DNA of 29,831 nt from positions 1 to 29,831 of IMG/VR virus record IMGVR_UViG_3300030117_001078; one strand, 5' to 3'. The notes under the pieces are model-generated. The model did no database searches, had not been told where the DNA came from, and saw only the letters and a list, made by a program, of their open reading frames with translations. Shown here piece by piece: positions 8,196-16,900 of this stretch; within the stretch, counting starts at the first letter, position 1; the number at the start of each line of letters is the position of its first letter. A program made the translations under genes and the position numbers. The stretch comes from a virus (taxonomy: Duplodnaviria; Caudoviricetes).

Positions 8196-9371
8196 ATGGC
8201 AACAGCAGCACAAATAAAATCAGCGATTAGGTCTAAGTCATCTGCTGAAAGAGGTGTATCTCAACAATTAGCAAATGTAGAAAGTTTATTACAACAAGCT
8301 GATTTTTCATCAAAGATGGCAGATTTAGAAGCAAAACAAAAAGAAACAATGTTTTCTACAGCAGCTTCTGGATTAGAATTAGCATCTACATTTGGAGAAG
8401 GATTAAAATTAAAAGCAGAATTAGAATCTAATATAAAAGAATTTGAAGAATCATTACCTGAAGCAGTTCGTAAAGCAGGTGGTGTAACTATTGTAGATAA
8501 TCCTAATAGAGCAACATTAATGGATGTATTGAAAGGTAAAAAAGGCTCTTTAACTTCTTTCTTATATGATGAAAAAGAACAATATATGTTAGGTGAGAAT
8601 GTATTAGGTAGTAAATATGATGTAGCTGCTATGGGAGAAAAAGCAAAAGCATTAAAGCAAACAGATTTATTAGATAGATTTATGGAAGGAGAACCTTTAG
8701 ATAGTAAATCTCCAACATTACAATCATCATTGCAATTGGGTTCAGAAGGAATGCCAACACTTACTAAAGATTTTTCATCTATATACGGAAAAGATACAGA
8801 TATAGAATCATTGCAAGATAGTGTAAACAAACCTTTAATTAAAGAAGATACTACTGAAAAAAATATTAATGAAATAATTGTTGAAAGTGAAATAGGTAGT
8901 CCTTTAGAACCAAATTATACTAGAGGTCCGTTAGCTCCTGAATTAATTGAAAATAATAATTTAGCAAGTTTCTTATTAGGAGGAGAAATAACTGATGGTA
9001 ATTATACAATGTCTCAACCTATAAATGAACCTACTGAATCAATATCAGAAAGATATGCTAAAGCTAATTTTCAAAATACGAAAGAAACTAGAAAAATAAC
9101 TGCTGATGTTTTGTCTGACAAAATAAAAGATTTAAAAATAGCAAGAGAAAATTTAAAAGGACTCCCTAAATATGATAAAAGAAATAAAAAGAAATTTTCA
9201 TCTTTAGTCTCCGAAAGAGAACAAGAATTAAAAACTTTATTATCTAAAGTATATAATCCAGAATTAGATGTATTTTTTGGTGATGATTTTAAAGGAGTAA
9301 ATTTAAGAAGTAAATTAGAAATACAAGATAAAGATTCAATTAGTTTTATTAAAGATTTTGTAAGTAGGTAA
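8196..9371 (+). CDS. Putative internal virion/ejection protein 1
   Basis: 391 aa, helical A/S/Q-rich N-terminus, no Cys, first gene of the post-tail block. Confidence 0.5.
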   Translation: MATAAQIKSAIRSKSSAERGVSQQLANVESLLQQADFSSKMADLEAKQKETMFSTAASGLELASTFGEGLKLKAELESNIKEFEESLPEAVRKAGGVTIVDNPNRATLMDVLKGKKGSLTSFLYDEKEQYMLGENVLGSKYDVAAMGEKAKALKQTDLLDRFMEGEPLDSKSPTLQSSLQLGSEGMPTLTKDFSSIYGKDTDIESLQDSVNKPLIKEDTTEKNINEIIVESEIGSPLEPNYTRGPLAPELIENNNLASFLLGGEITDGNYTMSQPINEPTESISERYAKANFQNTKETRKITADVLSDKIKDLKIARENLKGLPKYDKRNKKKFSSLVSEREQELKTLLSKVYNPELDVFFGDDFKGVNLRSKLEIQDKDSISFIKDFVSR

Positions 9372-9374
9372 AAT

Positions 9375-9872
9375 ATGTTAGAATATGTAATGGCAGGATT
9401 AAGTTTATTAGAGTCTATAGATAGTACTAGTTCAGCTAGAAAACAAGGAAGAATACAATCAGATTATTTAAAAGATGCTTCTTTAAAAATGCAACAAGCT
9501 CAAGATGCATTTAATAAAACTCTTAATCCAAGTTTGCAATCAGCAGTTCTTGAAGGAAGAAGAGCTTCAGATATGGTTTCTAGTAGTGGACAACAAAATA
9601 TTATGCAAGCTAGAAAACAACAAGATGCAATAAGTAAAGCAACTGGTTTTGCTAGTATGTCTATGGATAACGATATGATTAAAAATATAAGAAGTGCATA
9701 TACTACTAAAATGGAAGACTTAGATATTGGTCTTACTAAAAACTTAGCTTCAATATTATCTGATTTTGAAAAAACAAAATTTGAAATGCAGTCTCAAAAA
9801 GAACAATTAGATATGCAAAGAAAGTTAGCAGACCAACAATCTCAATCAAAATATCTAGGTATATTCGGATAA
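9375..9872 (+). CDS. Putative DNA ejection protein (T7 gp14 / P22 gp7-like position and composition)
   Basis: 165 aa with hydrophobic N-terminus (MLEYVMAGLSLL), Q/A/S-rich helical body and no Cys. Confidence 0.55.
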   Translation: MLEYVMAGLSLLESIDSTSSARKQGRIQSDYLKDASLKMQQAQDAFNKTLNPSLQSAVLEGRRASDMVSSSGQQNIMQARKQQDAISKATGFASMSMDNDMIKNIRSAYTTKMEDLDIGLTKNLASILSDFEKTKFEMQSQKEQLDMQRKLADQQSQSKYLGIFG

Positions 9873-9876
9873 TATT

Positions 9877-10908
9877 ATGTCGCAAGCATTACAATCATTA
9901 AACTCATTATTAAAATATAAACAAGAAAGAGAACGTCAAAAAATTGATAGGTCTTTATCTATGATGGATATGGCTACAAGATTAAGACAACAACAATTAG
10001 AGAATGCTAGACAAAATGAAATGATGAGAATGAGAAGAGCAGATGAAGAAAGAACTTCTAAACTATTTAGTAAACAATTACAATCTGCTGAACTTGCCTT
10101 AGAAAAAGAAAGAAGAGAGTCATCTCCAGAATATATTTCATTACAAAAAAGAAAATTAGAAGCTGAAGCTAGAAATGCTGAATTAATTGCTGAAACAAGA
10201 TATAATGAGATTAAACAAGCAGAATTAGATAATTTAACAGCTGCTATAAAATCAAAAAGTGTAAGCAATAAACAAGATATTGTAGATGATTTTAAAAGAA
10301 ATGTAGGAATGAATGCATTATTTAGAGCAACTAGAGATTATACAATTGATGGAGAGTTTGAAGGTAAAGACATACAAGAAGTAAAAAATAATATTTCAAG
10401 ACATGCTAAAGATAAAAAACAAGCTAAGTTTCTTAGTAAAATAGTAGAACAATACCCAGGCTTAATAACAGGAATAGCTTCATATCAAATGTTAGTAAAT
10501 AAAGGTGAAAGGTCTGAACAATCATTTCAACCATTATTTGAATCAATGAATAGATTATATGATGATTTAAATACTAAAAAAGATTTAGTAAAACAATTTG
10601 AAACTGAACTTAATGTTGCTGTTAATAATTTAGATATAAATAATCTTGCATTAATGAGAAATCAATCTTTTGACCAATCATTTGAATCTGGAGCATTAGA
10701 TTCTCAAATATTAGATATTGTAAATAAAAATCTAAAAACCAAAGGTCAAGATAAAAATGCCTTACGAAATAAATTAATGATACAATCTTTATCTAGAATA
10801 GGAATGATTCCTTCAGAACAAGAATTAACTTCTATAAATGAACAAAGAGCATCAGAAGGTAAACCGCCTCTTACGTTAGAAGATTATACAGATAAATTTG
10901 GTAATTAA
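9877..10908 (+). CDS. Putative DNA ejection protein (coiled-coil)
   Basis: 343 aa, Q/E/R-rich coiled-coil N-terminal half, no Cys, directly upstream of the giant gene. Confidence 0.55.
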   Translation: MSQALQSLNSLLKYKQERERQKIDRSLSMMDMATRLRQQQLENARQNEMMRMRRADEERTSKLFSKQLQSAELALEKERRESSPEYISLQKRKLEAEARNAELIAETRYNEIKQAELDNLTAAIKSKSVSNKQDIVDDFKRNVGMNALFRATRDYTIDGEFEGKDIQEVKNNISRHAKDKKQAKFLSKIVEQYPGLITGIASYQMLVNKGERSEQSFQPLFESMNRLYDDLNTKKDLVKQFETELNVAVNNLDINNLALMRNQSFDQSFESGALDSQILDIVNKNLKTKGQDKNALRNKLMIQSLSRIGMIPSEQELTSINEQRASEGKPPLTLEDYTDKFGN

Positions 10909-10914
10909 TAATAT

Positions 10915-13900
10915 ATGCCTACTCAAGAAGCAATAGAAGCTCTATTAAAACTTAGAAAAGAGCAACAACAAAATTCTACAGACCCATTTACTTTTACTTC
11001 AAATAGATTAGGTCAAAGACCTGTTCGTAGAATAACTGGAGAAACTGAACAAGAAACTCAAGAAAGAAAAGAAAAAGATAATGTTTCTTTATTACAAGCA
11101 GTAGGAGCAGGTTTATATGAGTTTGGTGAATCTGCATCATTTGGTCTATTAGGTCTTGGAGAAATAGGTGTAGAAAAAGCATTGGGAGAAGAAATAGATT
11201 TTCAAGAATCTATAAGAAAATACCAAGAAGATAGTTCATTAGCAGCTGTATTAGGTGGTGTAGGAACAGGAGCAGGATTTTTACTTGGAGCTCCATTAAA
11301 ATTAACTGGTAGACTTTTACAAAAACCTGCTACTGCTTTAATAGCTAAAGCAACTAAAGGACAAACAATTGGTAAAGCAACTGCTAACATAAAAAAAGCA
11401 GCTGTTAAAAGTGGTATAGAATCAAAGTTAGCAAACGAGTTTGGTAATGTAGTAACTGGTTCTACTATATCTGCAAGTGCTAAAAATAAACTTGCTAATG
11501 AAGCATTTACAGATACAACAACTGGTTTCTTTGCAAACTTATCAAAAAGTGCTAATAGAAAACTTGCAAGAAAAGAAATAACTGAATCTCAATATGATGC
11601 AGTATTAGAGATGGGAGAGCAAGTAGCAAGCAGAGGCGTACCATTACAAAACATATCTCAGTTTGCTAGAACTAAATATGGTAATACTAGGTTTGGTAGA
11701 TTTGCTACAGAAGCATTGCATGATGCATTTGTATTTTCTGTATCTGATGCAGTAATGGATGCATCGTTTCAATCTCAACAAATGTTAAAAGGAGAGCAAG
11801 AAGAATTTAACTTAGGTCAAGTAGGATATTCAGTAGCAACAGGTTTCTTAGCAGGTACAGCAATTAACGCAGCTACAGCTCCATTCAAACCTTTAGGTAA
11901 GATGTTAAAATCAAGAACAGATTTTGCACAAGGATTAAGAACATACTTAACAAGTAGAAAAATGTATGAAAATGAACCATTAGAAAACATTGTTAATAGT
12001 ATGGTTGGTATAGCAAATAACAATAGAAAAAATGCTTTTTCTACTAGTTTTGATTATAAGAATTTAGATGGTGTAAAGAAAAGTCAAGATTTATTAGAAT
12101 CTGACAATCAAAGCCATAAGACAAATATTAAAAGAATTACTGCTAAATTAATAGATGAACTTGGCGAAAAAGACGCTAGAACTAAATCAATAAATTGGTT
12201 AATGTCTCAAAAGAAAATATATGGAAGAGAGATGTTAGCAGAAGCAACTAGAGAAGGTATGCAAAACTATAGATTAATATTCCCTAGAATGTTTGTAGCT
12301 GGAGCAGCGATGGCAGGCACACAAGGAGTACAAGCATATGCGACTGGTAATGAATTAAGAGCAGAAGATTATATATCTAGTGTATTAATTGGTGCTTGGA
12401 CACAACGTAGAGGTAACTTTGCAAGAGAAGTAGACTTAGGTAAAAGAATACAAGAACTTAGGTCTACATTAGAATTTGTTGGAGTTGATACTAAGAATAC
12501 AGTCTTTGGTACTACATTTACTAGTAATACAAATATGTTTGGAGTTGGATTAGCAAGAGACAATGAAAGACTTTCTAAGTATTTAAAAGATGAACGTATT
12601 GTTAGTGATGAAGATGAATCTGTAGAATCAGGTAGACTTGCAGAAGATGAAAGAGTATTTTATGAAGATGTAAATGGTAATCCTATTGACCCTCATAATG
12701 GTAGAATGGAATATGTTTATGGATTACTAAGTCAAGACTTTAAATACAAAATACCTAAAGACCAAATATCTGAACGACAAGCAAATGAAATAATAAATAT
12801 ATTAGAAAAGCAAGGTTTTAAAACACTAGATGATTTTGATAAAGCATATGAAGATAGAATTGCTGAATCAACTACTACGATGAAAGAAACTCTAGTTAGT
12901 GTATTAAGAAATATAGAAAAAGCAGAGTTTGAGGATTTTGGTATTACTAGTGATACAAGCAGTAAACAAATGTCTATACCTAAGATTATAGAAATAGATA
13001 CTACATTACTTGATAGAGCAAGAGATGGTGAATTTAAAGAATGGCTTTCAGATAAAGATGGAGAAAAAGCAGTAGAAGAAATACGTAATGCATTTAGAAG
13101 CTTAGATACAGTTATACGTTCTACTATGGCTATTGATTCTAAGTCAGCAAAATTAAGTAATGAAGGCACAACAATTAATTCTTCTGATACATTAAAAGAT
13201 GTATATAATATTGTAAGAGATTCTGAAAAAGCAATACAATCATCTGTAGACCCAAAAGATTCTAGAGCAGAGTTTAGATTTTCAGATGTCCATTCTTATT
13301 TAATGCCAGTTATACACAACGAAGGTAAAAAATTTACAAAAGGTATCATGTCTAATCTTCAAAGAAATAACATGACAGATAAATTAAAGACTGCTTTATT
13401 TGATGTAGGTATTTTGCAAAAAGTAGATGGTGAGTTAAAAATTATAGATGATGTATCTAAGATTAAAGTAGATGAAGAATATAAAACAAAGTTTAATGAT
13501 TTAACTAAACTTCATAACGTATTAGTAGCATTAGGTGAGTTTGACCCTATAAGTACAGCAACTAATAAAAAGGTTGAAACTGGTAATATTTCAAGGCTTA
13601 AATCTAGTATGCTAGACTCAGGTATTGATTTATCTACATTCAATGACCCTAATACAAAATTCTTATATCAAATGTTATTGAATGATATAAGTAATAAAAG
13701 ATTAAAAGATTCTGTTGCATCTCAAGCTGACATAGATTTTATTATACAACAATCAGGTAATTCATTACTTAGTGAGCCAGGTTTATTAGCAGAAGGTGGA
13801 TTAAGAGGATTTAGATTAAATAAAATAGATGCCCCTGAAAATAGAGAATTTCAAAATGAATATAACAATAAAATTGATAGTTTAAGAAAAGAATCTGGAG

Positions 13901-16900
13901 TTGTTGATGTAGCAGATAAAGTAAGAGTATTAAGTGGAGTTCAAGTAGAAGAAGTAAAATTTTTATATGATTCTATTTATAATACAACAACAGATAGTGA
14001 AAACATAGGAATGGAAAATCTATTTAGAGCATTGACAAATAGTGGATTAGAAAGTCCTAAGAATAGAATGTTAGCATATATGCAAGTATTTGGTAAAAAA
14101 GGACAGATAAGAATACTTTCTATGTTAAAAAGACAAGGAATTATTGATAGAAATGCTGATGGTACTTTAGAAGTAAACAAAAAATTTACAATTGAAAAAT
14201 TAAATAATGAATTAGGTGAAGCAAAAACAGAAGAAGAAAGACAAAAAATATTAGATTTACAATCAGATATTAGTAAAGATTTTAAAGAAGCATTAAATCC
14301 TATTATAGATAATTTAGATGGACAAGGCATTAATCATTATGTTGAGAATGAAATAAAAGAAAGAGAGAAAATTAAACTTAGGTATCAAGAAAAAGCATTA
14401 GATGAAGACGTAACTCCTTCAATGGGTGTAGATGAATTTTTTAGAAAATATAAATTTTTTAATGAAGTTATAGATGGGGAAGGAGACCTTATAGATTATA
14501 GTGACAAAAGTTCTGAGTTTAAATCTGACCATTTAAAAGGATTAGATTTTATTTATGATGACTTAGGTAATAAAGTTCCTAAAGCTCAATTAATAAATAT
14601 TGCAAAAACTCTTGTAAAAGATGATATTAAGTTTGATGATATGGATGGTAAAGACCAAGATAAAGTAATACAAGATTTAACACAAGTAGTAAGAGGAGTA
14701 TTAAAAAGAAAATCTGTTAAAAAAATATCTATTATTAATGGTGAAGTAATTTATAATGATGATGCTACTTCAAGGGAAGTAATGCAAGGCAATCCTATAT
14801 TTAATAAGTTAGAATCTCTTGGTCTTGATTATGGTATATTTGATAACAATGTAGTGTATACAGAATTTGGTAGATATGTAACAGAAAAGTCATATAATAT
14901 ATTAAGTACACAAGGATTAAGTGATAGTCAAAAATCACACATATTATTTTTACGAGGTCAAGTACAAAACTACTTAGGCAACAATTTACTTAATAAAAAT
15001 TTAAGTGCTTTATCTCAAGACAATATACAAATTGCTGATAAAGGTAATAAAGGGGGAATGCTTAAACTAGATATATTTGATGGATTAGATAGCATAGTTA
15101 TAGATAGAAGTAGTTCATCTAAAATTGCTCAAGATTTTATAAGGTTTAGCAAAGACCATATTTCAAAGATAGATAATCCAAATGTTAAAAGACAAGTAAA
15201 GAAACTTGTAAAAGAATTTAAAAGTGCAAAGCAAGATTATGATTACACAGGTGAAAATATTGAGTTAGCTACTAGATTTTTAATTTACGAAGCAGCGTAT
15301 AGAAGTAAAGACAATGAAGTATTCTACAGAGTATTAAATGAAAACTCAGCAAAGAATGTAGATACATATCTTAAAAGAATGAAACTTGCTACGACTAAAA
15401 ACTTTATTAGGTCAGATAAAACATTTTATGAAGCATTAATAGATGTAAAAGAAACAATAAAAGATGGCAACAAAGAATCTGTACAAGTATTAAAAGATAG
15501 ATTAAAAAAACATAAAGGTAAATATAGAATAGCAGTATGGGATGACGAAGGTACTGAAACAATGTCTACTTTAATAGATGACGTTGTTACAGAATACAAA
15601 GACCAATATCCTGAATTAGAAAATTTTAGTACAAAGCATACTATAGGCGATGCCCACGCAGATGTTTCAGCTTTTGATAGTATATCATTTTTATCTAAAG
15701 ATATGATGATGGAAATGCATACTATTATGGGTCATAGTCCTAATTCTAAAAGTCCAATAAAACCTGTTATATCATCTCAAGGTGAAGGTAAAACATTATT
15801 ATATGGTAAAACATTATTTGTTTACAGTCCTTCTTTAAGTAAGTTTTTTGAAAATAATCCCGTTGATGTTCTTCTTACTAAAAGTGGAGCTAAAGCATAT
15901 GATGTTAAAACAGACAAAAAAGGAACAGATATATCTATTATAAGAGATATTAGATGGAATAAATTAAATGATTTTCAAATTGGTCAAAAAAGTGGTGAAA
16001 CATATTCAAATCTTGTAAAAGAAATAGATTTAGATGGTATAGGATTAAGAGCAGAAAAAGAAGCTGTTAGAATATCTGCTAGTGAATCAGATGCAGATTA
16101 TAACTATATGAATAGAAGAGAACATGAAGCAGCTTTTAGAGAAATGGAAGATGAATTAAATGCTAGTCTTGGTTATATGGATAAGATTAAATCAGATTCA
16201 TTTAAGTTAAGAAGTTTTATGCTAGAGCAATTAAATAAAGGTAATATACCTGACGATGCAGAAGATGGAGCATTAAAAAATCTTAGTAACTTTGTATATT
16301 TTTTACAATTAGATAGAGGTGCTAATCCTAATGATTATAGTTCTGCTCAAGTAAATAAGTATTTATCTAAAGTATATATTGATAATATATTTAGTAATAG
16401 AAGAGCAATAGTAAATCATGTATATGCACAAGACAAGCAAGATGCTTTTAGATATGGTGGTCAAGGACCTCTTGTACAAACTGCTGGAGCTCATCAAGGT
16501 GGTAAATTAAAAACTAGATTACTACCAACTTTATTTAATAAAGATAGAAAGATGATTCTTAGGGGTGAAATAATGCTACCTGATGCAGAAAGAGAATCTG
16601 ATTTAACTAAGTTAGGTAGAAAGAAAATACGTATTGTAAATAACGAAGCAGTATTTACTATTGAAGAGTTTAAACAAGATTTAAAAAAGATAGAGCAATA
16701 TGATAACAAAGAGTTTGATAAAGAGTTTGACAAACAATTTGATAATGCAATGACATTAGAAGCTATTCATGGAGTTCTATTAAAGTATAATAAAGATTTA
16801 AATAAACAAGGTATTAAAAGTAGATACCAATTAGGAATTATATCTAGAAGAAATCCAAGAACAAGACCTAATGATATTACCTTACTGGGATTAAAAGGAT

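Noticed and set aside
8261-8830. 189-aa antisense ORF, and the many other opposite-strand ORFs in the track (e.g. 12732-13169, 13977-14330, 20183-20506, 22828-23103)
   Set aside because: They lie entirely opposite well-supported genes and have the S/L/F/I-rich composition expected of shadow frames.
15781-15813. GEGKT / YGKT as a P-loop NTPase motif in the giant protein
   Set aside because: Neither fits [AG]x4GK[ST]. The second lysine is better explained as a conserved barrel lysine of the RNAP.
16447-16467. FRYGGQG resembling the RdRP QIRYGGxKG motif
   Set aside because: It is out of order relative to the other motifs and lacks the lysine; the KPVI...GKT segment already fills that position.
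16708-16743. 12-nt tandem repeat encoding KEFDKEFDKQFD
   Set aside because: A short in-frame duplication in a variable insert, with no spacers; not a CRISPR or regulatory array.
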